The notes beneath the pieces were generated by a model that was given only the letters and a program-made list of their open reading frames with translations, was not told the origin of the DNA and did no database searches. A stretch of 64,000 nt of DNA, taken from positions 62,001-126,000 of the forward strand of contig KZ537976.1 of NCBI GenBank assembly GCA_000934665.2, given 5' to 3'. The DNA is from Catajapyx aquilonaris (lineage: Eukaryota). The translations under genes and the position numbers were made by a program. Position 1 is the stretch's first letter, and each line of letters starts with the position of its first letter. This document shows, piece after piece, positions 1 to 13,600 of this stretch.

Positions 1-3000
1 TCCACGAGTCTGACTGACACAAAATGGCAGGCATGAAGGCAGCTGCTGCGAATATAGCGGTACACTCTTGCCTTGATCCTTAATCTAGGGAAAAGCCTGC
101 AGAGAGAATCGCGGTGGGAGGGACAATATTTGCTCAGCTGCAGAGACGAAAAAGAAGGGATGGCAGGGGGGGGGGAAGGAGGAAAAGCTTTGAAGTCGGC
201 TGCCGGAACTCCTTATTTACTTGAGATGAAGACCCTTCCCCGGCTTGAACTGACCTAGACTGAGCAATTTCTTACACATTTTCTCTCAGGGCACAGGATA
301 ATGGGTTTTGAAAAGACGGCTCTCTTCCTCTTGTGCGCTTTGATGTTTCGATGTGAACCGAAGGGTAAGAAATGATTGCAATATTTTTATCTGGCTCATA
401 TACAAAGACGAAGGAGGTCCCCCTTTTTATGAGGGGGCACACAAGAAGCCTCTCTCTAGCAGCGTGTGAATTCAAGTGGAAACTCGCAAAGACGAGGGGG
501 TGGTGGTGAATCATTAACTCATTACTGGCAAGAACGCTGGCGTAATTGCGACGTTCAAATGCCTGTCAGCCAGTCCTTTATTCCAGTACTTTATCTCGTG
601 GCCTCCTGTGGCAGCAACTTGGTCCGTGCATCCACAAGTTTGGAATTGCTGCCTGGGGAGGGGGAGAATATTATGTCTCTTGTAATTATAATGGCATTAG
701 GATCAGGATGGCATGTGGTCGTTTGTCATCTAAGGCCGCTTTGATAAAATGAGCACTTCTGAATTCATGTTGCACCTATAGGATTGTCTCCAGTCCGCTG
801 ACGTCTCTATTACCTCAAGGTGTTCTCGCATTTAATCACTGAAAATGGAGAGTTACAAATGCCCATAATGTCTACAGTACCATTTCTACATGGAATCGCA
901 TTTATTTCGATTTAATTTTCAATGGTAACAATGGTGGAACAATGTGAAACTAATAGGAGTAGTCTACATAGATGCTTGCGTAATATTTCTGTATCAGTGT
1001 TTGATCCAGGTATTGCAACCAGTTGTTAATTTTTGTTGAGTGTATAATATTGTTAGTTGCTCACTGCTCGACTATATACAGTATAAAGAATTAAAGCTGG
1101 AAATAAAGAAAAATACAAGCCTGCCTGAAACGTGTAATGGCACATTTTTTGGCAGCGAATTTATGTCCAATTTGCGATTTAATATTGCCGGTCTTACAAA
1201 GGAACTTTTGAAGCCTTCAACTCTCGTGAATGACACGTTATGGATTAACGTCGGGGATTGCACTGTCCAGGAGCCCAGGACTTCAATGACGTGACCAATT
1301 GCATTTCTGGTTCTGGTGCATCGCACATGAAGTTAGCTTGTAGTAATGAATTCCTAGAATGTTCCGGTGCGTAACAGGCACATGCAATTATTCTTTGTCT
1401 TTGCATGATTGCCATCACATATGGCATGCTGCACTATCGCAGATTCGAATGACAGTTACGTGCTGCTGTTTAAACATGATTTATTACAATTGTCGATTTT
1501 ATAATTCTGGCCGGGATTTTTACACAGGAAAGCTCGCTTTTAAGCAGTTCAGAGATGTGCAAAATTATGCATAAAATTTCTAAATACAGGTTAACCTGGG
1601 CACCTGGCACTGTTCAAGTACAGTGAGAGACACTGATGCAGACTAGACATGTAATTTCTTCAACTACTACGTTCCAGGTCAAGGTCGCCAATTCCGGTGC
1701 TAGATGTCGTATAATCAGATTCCTCAGGTTCTTGATGGCCACTAAATAAAAGTTGAGGTGCGAAAAGGGAAGAGGAGAAAGCGATTTATTAGACCATGAG
1801 AATTCCACTTGACGGGTTTATCTGAGGGGGAGGAAAGGGTGTCGAAAGTTGGGAAACAAGATTTCCCCATTTCCGTCCACCGTCCTCCATCAATATTCAA
1901 AGGAAAATGGGACTTTAACCTTATTTCCACAGCATCCGTTCAGAGGAACACTACGACCACCCTCACATTTTTGCGTCAAGTCATATTTAGCCTGACATTT
2001 TCCTCTTTCGTCAAGAGGATTACTGTAATCTCAAGTGCTTTGAAACATTTTCTATGATGCGAATGGCATTTATAAATATGCTACATGCGTCCAGGTAAAA
2101 TCAGACCACAACTTTCCCCAATTTTTTGTAAATAGGAAATTATTTAACAGGATTGAAAGAAATCCTCTTAAATATTCAGACATCTGGGCACCTTATGCAC
2201 ATCGTGACAAATATTTACAAATTTTGTCCCCGGAATTGATGGCAACCTACTTTCAGTCTGATCTCATCATCTTTTTTTCTAGTCTACTTAATTAGGCTTC
2301 CAAATCAATACCTGAATGTACTTCTCCCTAATAATATCTCCCAACTCCGGATGTTTGTGCCCTCCCATAATTATCGACCTACTTTTCTTGAAAAGACTTG
2401 GCGATACAGTTGAGATCCTTCCAAAAAATGGCTGGCAAAAAGGAAAATTCCGAGTACCTTTTAGACAGGTCGATCGATCCTCCGATAGATTTTGTTATAT
2501 GGAGTAAATCCCCAAGCCGAGCAGGATGAACTTAAGGCGACCGAATGGTAATCGCGTAAGGAATACATGTAACGAATTTTCGTTTTTTTTGTCCTGTTTC
2601 TTCTTTGTGTCATCTGTCGAGCAAGAGGCGGTTAGGAAAAGGGAAGCAGAGTTTGTGAAGCGCAGATGACGAGAAGAGAGGTCTCCTGGGAAACGGAGGA
2701 GAAATGAGCGCGTCTCTCGCGAGTTTATGGGATTTTCGGTACGAATTTCCTCCCGGATCCCTCCGGGATTCGGGCCCGGAGCTCGTTATCGACTCGGAAG
2801 CAAAGCCTTTGACGGACACCAAAAGAAGGGGTCATTCGCTGGAGAGAGAGAGAGAGACGATGCTCAGAATTCTTTTTGCTGCTCTGCTCGGACAAACTTC
2901 GCTCGGATAGGCGTAACAAGGAATATTTTATCCGGCCCAGAGCGGACATACTTTTTTCTGACAAGAGGGCCAATTAGGTATTCAAAAATTGATGGGAAGA

Positions 3001-6000
3001 GAAGGCATCCGTGTGTAATTGGCGCTTCAGCTCTTCAGAAGATTGGGACAATGTAACAAGGAGAGCCTGCAGCTTTCTTTTGCTTTTGTACTTTGAGTAT
3101 GCAATTAGCGGCATACTTCAGTTATCAATTTGTAACATTCTCCTGCAGTCAGGCGAAACTTTTTAAGGCGGCTTTGTATAGTGAACGGATCCTGTTGTTG
3201 CTATAACAAGTGTTAATGCAGGATAATCATGTTGCAGAAGCAAGTGTCCTGCACCGGATTGGTGTTTACGCGTTCTCACGGTGGTGCCAGCGGGCCGTAC
3301 GAAAGCCGGTGGTTGAGTAAACACCCGACGTATCGAGCGTGCAGGGGAAGGTCGACCATTACTGCACCTCGTTTGTAACCCTGCATATTTACCCTAGCGC
3401 AAATCACGCATGCCCCACGTGTACGATTAGATTCCACACAGGGCCAGTCAGAACTCCAGTCCATTTTGACCCACCCTGTATTGGCGTTGAACCACTAAAA
3501 ATTGCTCACGGTCGCATCCCTATGTAAGTTATATACAGCACCACCCCAGCCTACCTTGGCCTGGATCCAAAAACCCAGGGTCTACTCTATGGAACGAGTC
3601 AATTATTTGGAAGGAAATATGGGTGCCGCGGTTACATTAACTTAAGTGAAGCCCTCCTCCTCTTGAATGAGGTCCAACGCCTTACGGGGGAGAGTTCATG
3701 ACGAGTTTTATGAGCGGCTGCGATAACCGGATTGTGTTTAACAACATTTGCAGGCATAGCTTACCTCGCAGTCAAAGTTCCTCGGCTGAATTTTAAAACA
3801 TGTAGCAATTTGGTGAGGTATAAGGTGCACGTATTGACGTCGTATAGAGATCACAACGAACCGAACATTTTTTTCGTCGTATTTCCTGCACTGAACTGTA
3901 ATGCTCCAAAAAGTATGGGCTGTCAGTGTAGTTATTAGATACGGACCGTACAAGTTGGTCCCTGTCAAAAGTAGTTGTCTGTGGGAGGGGCTTGAAGGCA
4001 CGAAGATTGAGGGAGACGTTGGAAGACCCGGAGATCGATTGATAGCCCCGGAACAAAAAGAAGGCATGCTGGGCTCTGTACCAGACTCAAGCAGGATTAA
4101 ATCTCAGCGGGGAAGTGTCTTTGCATCGCTGCTTCCTATCCAATTAGCTTCATGTCCCAGCAACCATGGGCCACGAGCCTGCATCAAACATCCAGGAAAA
4201 GGAAATTCCTCGAACCTAATCTCCTCTAATAATGCTGGACATGGATAGGATTATTATGGAGGCCAAAGTTTTGCAGCGCTTTGAAGTTGCGTGCGGGATG
4301 GGAATGAAAGATTGTTTTAATAAATGAGGCGGAGGGTTACCTTCACTTTTAAAAAAGGGGGCTTGGTCGAGCAAATGACCAGTCGACTCACGTCCAGAGG
4401 CATAAATCCAGAAGGAGGTATGGGAATGTTTGGTGGTCTGGACAGCGATGGTCACCTCCCAGAAATAGGTTTGCTGCCAGGACACTTATCTGGCCAAAGA
4501 GACTCAGTTTGTCACGTCAGATGGGAAAACACGGACGCTGCTCCATCACACGCTCCGCCGACCAGTTTTTTCTCTCTACCTCTTCCTAGATCCTTTTTTC
4601 CTTTTTTTTGAGGAGAGGGGGAGGGTTCCTGTGCAAACTTTTCCTCGTGTGGGGTACTTTCTGTGTTATGGGATCCATATACCTTGTGTGAGCGAGCAAG
4701 AGAATATGGAGTAAGTAAGCATGGCTCTCCCGGCGTTGAGTAGTTTGGTTGTACGCAGCATATGTCTTTCAAACTTTATGGTTGCAATAAAACCAGTAAT
4801 AATTGTAAAAGCTGCAGTAAAAACTGCGGGAAAGGCTTTTCCTTGTGTCAGGTTTTGACGATGCCAGTGTACATATGAGACACATGTGCAATGGTACTGA
4901 TCGAAACCGGGATAAAAACTGGTGGTGGGGGCGTGTAAAAATGCGAGCAAGGAAGAGAAAAGCGCTATTGAAATATGATCAAATGAGATTAAGTTGAATA
5001 GGCCGGGAGGGCTTATTTGTAACAAAAAAATTACCATGCGTAATTGAATTTTGCGTGTCCCTTATTGTTACCATCGTAAATCCCTGAGTAATCCCCTTAT
5101 TCATTGTGTTTTAGTAATGTCGCTAATCCAGCAGCTTTTTTCGTGGAAAATTCCTATATACGCATTGAATAAAATTTGTAGAAATGGTTTATGTCGCTTG
5201 CACGTCATACTTGTATCAGGCTTTTGTGGGATTTTTCTTTTCCTTCTCTCAAATCGAGCCATGTCCTCTGACAAAGGAGGTTAACATGGCAGGCCACCTT
5301 TGACACCAGACGCTTCTCCTATGTAAGATTCAGAAGGTGAGGGGCGGACGATCCTGTTTTTCTCTTTTTTTCCTCCGGTGTTAGGAGTGAAGGTGGGAGG
5401 GGCAGGAAGAGGGGAGGGAGGGGCTGGCGGAAGTACAATATTTTGTTTCTGCTCCAGCACCTCCCATGAGACCCTTCTGAATATTTGGGAGGAGGACCGG
5501 AGCAGGGCAGACATGCGAATTGGCGCATTGCAGGCTTTCGTGCTGCCAGTCCGTAGAGGTCTCTACAGAAAAGGGTGGAAAAAGAGTTGCTGCGATGGTG
5601 GGAGGGTGTGGTTGGTGAGGATAGGGTTTGAAGGGGTGTGCGAGAGAGAAAGACTTGATCTTTTGGCGGATTGAATGGAGTAACAATGAAATTATCGACC
5701 ACTGCCACCTATTCAGGAAAGGAAAGGTGGCGGAGATGACTGTGCTGACTCCTCTCTTTTCACGAGGCCTCAGGGCCAACTTGTAGAATCAGGACCGCCT
5801 CATCTCCATGCCCATTCAAATGCTTGGTTCGCTCTACATAAGGTCCCTTCATGATTTGCCCTCAACCATTTCTCCTGGAGTTACCCTGAACCACTTGTTC
5901 CGAATTTGCCCCCAACCACTTGTTCTGGATTTACCTGAACATGATACAGGCAAACGCTTTACCTGGTCCTTGCATGAAACTGTAGTTTTAAGCCACCTTG

Positions 6001-9000
6001 TGCAGCATCAATACAGGATGCAAAGTCTTGCGATCGCAGTCCCTGGAGGCATGAATAATTTTACCAATCCTAACAAATTTAACCTTTTTCTGTGTCACAG
6101 AGTGGTCCTGAGAAGTGGTGAAAGTAGCTAAATATTTGAGCACGGGTTTTTTTTAACTGCAAGGGGGAGGTGGACACAAGAATACTCTGTGGACGTGACC
6201 CTCGGTGGGGATGGAAGCAAACACACGATGTAGGTATAAGTTGAAACCAGACCGCGGTCGAGATAGCTTTGGGGCGATGCCACGAGTATAGGGTATAAAG
6301 GGTTGGAGGGTGTGTAGGGGGAAAGGGGGCAGAGTTTTAATTTTCTGCGCTGGTTGGTTCTGAGCATGGACAAAAGAGATAAAGTACTTCCGGGAGCAAT
6401 TACTTTGTTTCGTCCATTGCTTGCCAAAGAAGCGAGCTTTTATGGCTTCCGTCTATCCCCCCCCCCCTCCTCTATCTGCTGAAGCGCCTGACTTAAGACG
6501 GGGGACGTGTCATGCTTATCCATTCATCTGGATGTAAATCTCCGGCTGAATATTTATGCCCAGAGAAATTAAGAAAAGAGGAAGTGGTGAAGGGAGGGAG
6601 GAAGTGTGAAAGACCGCGAATCGCTCGCCAATTGTTTTAACGACCTTTTGGCAGTGCTATTTTGCAAAACGACTCTTCACTGGATTTCGCTAATTATTAT
6701 TTTATTGTTATTATTGTTATTATCTTTATGGTTAAGTATATGGTGTCTTAAGACGGTTAGCACCCTGATAAAGTGAGAGGGCGTTTAGCAATGCCAGGCC
6801 GCTCTCTTTAAACTTCTATTTAATGTTATTATTGTCCCACACAGAATATAGTACGAAGTGCATGTATTATTTTATGTCAACCCTGCAACATTTTTCTGTT
6901 AATTTGAGTCAATAGTACCCTCTGAAGGACTTCTTAAAAAATTGACACTCAAAAGCCCTACTGATTTTTTTTGCCAGGACTAGAGAATACATTTTTACGA
7001 ATATTTTTACAGCATAGGCTATAGTAGTAAGGTTGAGCCTCCTTCTCACAAATCCGTTTTCTGTGGCACATGGCCAATGAATTTTTCTTTACTCACAAAG
7101 GAGACTTCACCTCTTTTAACTCGCGTTTCTGCTGATCATACCAGAAGACTAGTTTTTAAAAATGAATAAGTACAAGACAAATTTTCGATATCGCCGTTAC
7201 CTGTCAAGTGCTTCATAACAAAACTTTTCGCCCGAATATTTGGAAGTTGCCTGGTTTGTTGAGACATTTCTCTCCCATTTGCTCCGTTCCACTCTTCCTC
7301 CTGCATCATCCGTGTGGGAACCAATAAATAATGCATGTCTCAGTCCCCCCCTTTCGGACACCTTCCAGTGGTCCCTTCCTTTACCCAAGCTGAATTATTT
7401 GGGCCTAATGCTCTCTCCCTCTCCCCTCCCAAACTAGAGTCGATATAGTCCGCCCTTAAGAGCACTCGGAAAGTACTATGTTGTGGTATGGAAATCAGAT
7501 ATTCTCTTCTTGGAGAGACCCTGGGAGAGAGTGTGGCCTGGGTTTAGTTAGGAATTCCAACAGCTTCTGGGGTCAGCTTCTTCCTCCCTGGATGAGATGT
7601 GTATACTTCCCATAGCTATACAGTCGCCAGTTCCATGCATGGCAGATGATTTTGGTGCCATTCGGATGATAAATATGGATGGAAGCTTGTGTGGAAAGCG
7701 GGAGGATAGTTTGGCTATTTTTTTAGTTTGGAAATTCCGAGAGGCTTTGTGGTCCGGTTTGCAGGAGAGAGAAGTACTATAAGCTCATTCAGAAGCCGGA
7801 CATAAAACCGGGTGGGGGCAGGATATCGCTTTCAACCCGGGTATGAATCGGATGATAAGCTTTCGCTATTTCATTTCCATTCAGGACTTAATTCTCAGAT
7901 TAACAGGAGGAAAGGAGGCTGGGATGGGGGAGGGGGGGGGATAATCCTCTTGACATGCCTATTGAGGCTGGTGGGGATTGCCGGAAAGAGATATCACGGA
8001 CGGGCTGCCAACTGACACCGCCTCATCGGAATTGGATATTGTGTGTGGTCCCGTTGCACTTCAACAATGGTAATTTTCAAGTGGGTGGAGAGGGGGAGAG
8101 AGAAATCTGACAGAGGATCAACTGATGCTCTAACTGGATCCATTTGGGGAGAGGCTTGATGTCCCAGGAACATGAAAGCTCTGGAGGGTTCTGGCGCAGG
8201 TTTTGGAAACCACAATTTTCGGCAGGGGTGAGGATCAATACAACCCACCCACACACACACGTTGGACAAGAATATACGGACCTTTTCATTGCTGTTAATC
8301 TGCTCCAAAAGTACCTGCATGTAACGATGTCGCCAGAAAAGTGCAACTCTGGACTGTTTATATATCATTTAGGAGGTTCATGAAGAGCAAGAGGGAAACT
8401 CTCTGCTGGCTTCCCTTTTCTTCTTTTCCCTTACTTACTTAATTACTTAAATTCTTCACGGAAAGGCGGACAGGCACATTAGCTTGCTATCCAAACCGAC
8501 GAAATTCTGTGACAGCAAAGGGCCATTTTCTCAAATTGCCACTCTCAGGACTTGTCACTTTTGGCCTGGGAGAATTTCATCGCGAGGGGTCGCAGGAAAT
8601 GCGAATAATTATAGGAATGGTTTGTGCGCTGTTTGCGTTAATTCAACGCCATTCCCCTTTAGCGGTAAGCTCGTTATAGGCTTTTACACAGACCTAGACG
8701 TAAACATTTCAATGTGACGTGAGAGATATTACGACACATATTTCTTAATATCAAGGACCGGTTCTAACTCGAGCTATTTAAAATTGCATAAAGTCGCTTA
8801 ACTATCTCGATTCAGGATTCGCATTAATTAAGTGAAAATTATTATGAATCGGACACGTACCTTGGCTACATTAAAAATTTGGGAACCCGGACTGAATGCA
8901 GCCTGCAAATTTTCCGCTTTTGTAAATTGCAAGCGCTAAAACTATAAATAGATGCTAAGCTTGCAGGTGCAAGTGAGAGAAGGTTTTTTTCCTGCAGAAA

Positions 9001-10607
9001 ATCCGAGTGGGCGAAAAGCAGTAGTCTAGCTGTGTTTCAGGGTGGGTCGGGGCCATTGCTTACCCGGGCCAACGTTTGCAATTAGCTGGTTGCTCTTTCC
9101 AAATTGAAATTTACACCTAATGGTTACTTCCCAAAACAGGGTTAGCGCTCTGGAACTGCTCGTTTGTCGCAGCTCTCCGAGTATTCGTTCCTCTGTGTTC
9201 GCCTCGGGGCCCCTCCTATTTTGTGGTCTCTCCACTTGCTTTATCTTCCTGTGGGCTGTGCAGTTGCAAAACCTTCATAAATTTGCGCTTGCGTCAGGCT
9301 CTGATGCAAATCGCATTTTGTCATTGTCCAATCTCCAAGCAAAGCAGCAGTTTTTGGGGCTGCGTTATATGCACCCAGCAGCTGCTTAGAGCTCATGTTG
9401 GAGAATTGGCTCTGGCGTAGAGCGTATAACAGTTTGCTGTTATATACTGCTTTGAGAATTTCCTAGCCAGTACATTGATTTTTACCGTCTCCTACACTAG
9501 ATGCAAATGAATGTTGACTGAAACAAAATTGCCCCTTAGCCGAAATAGGTGCTATTGGTTTAGCCTTCCATTTCGAATTGTGAATCGAACCAGAAAACAG
9601 AGTTTCATAGGCTCGAATAATCCTCCCGAGCGCCAGCAAATGGACCAGACGATGAAATGGCAGAAATAAGGGGGTCTAACCCAAATACTGGAGCGCCATA
9701 TGCACTCATCATCGCAGGTAATTTATGGGCTGGCAATGCAAAATGCTTTTTACCTGACCTCCGCAGTCTCTGTAGATGCGTGGGTGGGCAGAATTATAAT
9801 TATTATGTTGGAGGAAAGACCTGCCGGTTGAGAGAATTCTAAGCCAAGATTCGTCCAGATCGATATCGTCTGTTTCGCAGGCTGGTCGGATGTAGGGTTC
9901 GAGGCACTCCAACAGAGAGCAGGAACCAGACTCTTTTGGGTTACGTTGCTATGCACGGTGCTTGTATGGCTGACCATTCTCTGATGTACGGGGTGTACGT
10001 GGACTCGAGCAACTTGCTGGGGGGTAACGAAGCGTTTTGCTTCCGGGAGAACTCGGACAGAAATGAGAAAATAGGGTCTAAAGTGTGTGGCTTGGCCTGT
10101 GACGGAAGGTATTGTAGCTGACAAAAAGTTTGAGCTGAATTTCAAATTTTGCATTTATTCACAATAATCTGAATCTAAGGAGAGAATATTATGACAACCT
10201 GTTAACATCACCAATCAATAATACTGATCAGATTATTGCCGAAACAAAAGATGAGTTTGGATTAGCCTGTATTGTTCATGAGCTATTAAATTGCCAACAT
10301 TTAATTATGAGGTGAATTGTGTACATTGGTGTATATTGACGGATTTACTTTCATGGTTGGATTTACAACCCAAAACTGGCACGTAAATGTTGAGTAAATC
10401 AGCATATTATGAGGTGCTTCGTGTAATAATTTTCAGGGGCAATTTGTATGTCGCATTACATCAAGGAAGCACCTTTGTTTCGGCAGCGAATAATTCTGTA
10501 CTGACTCTATTGTTGGAGGGAGGTTCTTATTTTGATACATAGCGCTGTGTGGTTCATGTGTCGCTTGTAGCCGGTGTGATATTTTGGAGGAAAATATTTT
10601 CAAAAAT

Positions 10608-10631
10608 TGTTTTTTGTCTTTTTAGGTAAGG
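10608..10631 (+). other. Candidate recursive (zero-length exon) splice site
   Basis: tgttttttgtctttttAG|GTAAGG: pyrimidine tract and acceptor abutting a consensus donor. Confidence 0.4.
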
Positions 10632-13600
10632 AACATGCCTACATACTCGCAGATGACGAAGTGCTACATGTGAAGGTAACTCAACATGCATATAATATGA
10701 ACATAATCTATAGGCTCACTACATTTTGCTTGGGCTACAATAATATTTAATGACAGCAATTTATTAGGGAATACGTGGGCTTGACAGAAAATTTTCATTT
10801 ACATTTCTCGGCACCAACGACTTATGTCACATTGCTCCCATCAATAATAAGGTACACATACAGCTGGAAATTCAAATAAGATGTAACGTTTCGTGTGGTT
10901 TTTTCAAAAAATTTCCCATGACAGACCTTGCCGTATTTTGTCATTTTTTTTTCAATTACACCCACGTCTGACCGAACTTATCAGGAGTTTTGTCCACACA
11001 ATGGGAATAATTCCAAGCGACTGACCACATTTTCAGGGGACTGGACCCGGTTAAATGGAACTTTCCCCCCTCCCCCTCCTATCCTCCCACACCAAACACC
11101 TCTCCGGGGGGTTCTTTTTCCGGAAGCCAAGAATTCCGGACATTTCCTCTAAACTTCGTTCCTTAGCCCCCTTTTCCAGTTATTGCCGAGGAGGACTCAT
11201 CCATCCCATCGTTGGGGGAGGGGGGTTGGAGCACAAAAATTTGGAATTATGTGGGAAGAATATGGAATTTGGAGTCGAAAAAAAAGAAGACCAGTGCAAA
11301 AAAATAGATATCCCTGCAGTCATGCGGGAAAGGTATTGAATTATGGCCGTATTGGTTGCCGTTCCGGTGCGAATGCTTTCTTTTTTTTAGAAGCCATTTG
11401 TCATGCGGAAGAGAACGCTCGCCGATTTTTTTTTGTTCAACTCCAAGGCTTCTCTTCTTCGTGGGGGGTTGCGCTTCAATTCCGTATGAAAAACGCCGAT
11501 TTCTAGTCCTGGAGCTTGCCGATGTTTCAAGGTGTTTTCATCCTGTCTCGCTCCGAATGGAAGTCAATATCCAGAAGGATTTTTTTGTCTGGGAGACAAC
11601 CTCTGCTGCTGGGAGAGAGAAATCATGCACACTTTCAGGGCGCTGATTTGGTACTGATTGATAGCAATGACTCGCGAACCTTATGCAAGATGTTTCGTAA
11701 AAGACAAACATTGGACTTGTGCAGTGTAGGCTGATGGAACTTACAATCCGTCTTGAAAAAAGCGACACGTTTCATACACGCTTCTGACACTTCCTTTCTG
11801 TTATGAAAGGAGCTGGTTTGTGTTACTTTATTGCTGGCGACATCCTCACATCTGGACTATTGTCTCAGTTGTGCAGACATTTTGATCGAAACTGACTAAC
11901 ATTGTCTCGGTCCTGGAAAATCGAGGTGTGTCCCATGTAACTATGCACCAGTTTCATCTGAAAGGGAGGGCAGGAAATGCGATTTGGGAAGCGGGTCTCA
12001 ATCACGCCTGGTGTCTGAAACGCGTTCCTTTTGACTCTCCTTTGAGGCCCCCGCCAAAGTCCCGCGAGGCCCTGAGTTTACGTTGCCGTAGATTCAAACC
12101 TCCAAAAACACAACTTAAGAAGGCCTCGAGCTTGGAAGTTTGAAGTGGAAATCCATACGGGTCGAAGCAACGATCGCCTTCCCTCCTCGTCTCTCTCCGA
12201 AAAATAAAAGGAGAAGGAGAGGGGGAAATGGCAGACTTTGTATGTAATACTTCATTTTTATTATAGCCCTGCAGGAACATATTTTTGGAGGGGGCCTCTC
12301 TGTCCCGGATCAGACCCGGATTGCTGATGGCAGGTCTGCTTCTCTTGGTTATGATCTGTGTCGACAGTGCAGGTCATCTGGAAGTAAATTAAATGCGTTT
12401 TTTGATAAGTTGCGAAAAGCTAGTTATTTGTGCAGACATCCGTTACAACTCATGTTGGTGCAACCCACTTCCTGGTAAATCCCAGTGATTTGTGGCCTCC
12501 TTTCGCGAAGTCTGCCATGGAAAATGCCTCCCAGGAGTCAAATGAGACCTCGCTCCTAAAGGCCTAATTCAAGAGAGGAGTTCGAGGCCACCCGATTGTG
12601 CCATAGAGGCGATGAGTCTCGGCCACTAACAACGAGGCCTTCCTTCTTTCTTGTCGACGGACGATACAGTTAACTTCATTCCTGCGGGGGTCTTTTGAGT
12701 GCATTTCAGTGGCTGGTCGCAGTCGCTGGAGCATTTTAACCACGGATTTGGAAGCTAGAGTGGCTCTCAGACTGGGAAGGGAAACAATAGTACAAAAACC
12801 TATTGACTATATTCTGAGAGGAAGGATTATGCATTTTGCGCGACAGGTGTTGCTAGCAGAATTATTAGTGCTACTGGCACAAAGACACTGCTTGGTGTTG
12901 CGGTTTCTCAGATACGAATAATAGCAGAGTGCAGAGTAGCAGAAATAGAAACGCGCGGGGAATGGCTGCAGAGCGAACGAAAATTAGCGTAACATGCTCT
13001 TAGGAAGATTGTATACACACCGCATTTGAATGCAACCTTGTAAGAGAGTAGGTGTATAGTAATTGCTGGTTAATTCAGAGGGCACTGACCCTTCGCTTCT
13101 GGCCCGAAATAATTATATTCCAAGACATTGTTCATCCTGAAAGTCCGCTAACCTATGCACCTCTTTTGACTAACTTTCTGCCGCCTTTTCAGGGGCGTAA
13201 CTTCCAGTGGCGTCTTTCCACACGATTTAAAAAAATGTTACATACTGCATTAGTAATTGATCTAGTTCAATGGACCGTTCTATCCTGAGCCAACCGCTTA
13301 TTAAGTTATAAGAGCTGGATTAATCTCCTGGTATGCGAACCACAGATTGGCAAAAAGAACCGGGCCGAAAACTGGCTTGGAAATGAAAATACCCCCCATC
13401 ATACAATATGCCCCTGCCTGCAATTCACCCTGACCTTTTAGCTGCACATACATTACCCCCGCGGTCGGTACTCCAAATTAGTCATCGCCGGAGCGTAACG
13501 ACCCATGTTTATTTCCAGTCGCATTAGATCCGCTACAACATACTTATTGCCATGATTTTTTTCCGGTTAAAAAATTGTTGCAAAAGCAGCTCATTTGAGG

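Noticed and set aside
343..370. ATG segment MFRCEPK with phase-1 donor G|GTAAGA as an alternative Syt4 first exon
   Set aside because: Phase-compatible, but no promoter-like context or homology; easily arises by chance.
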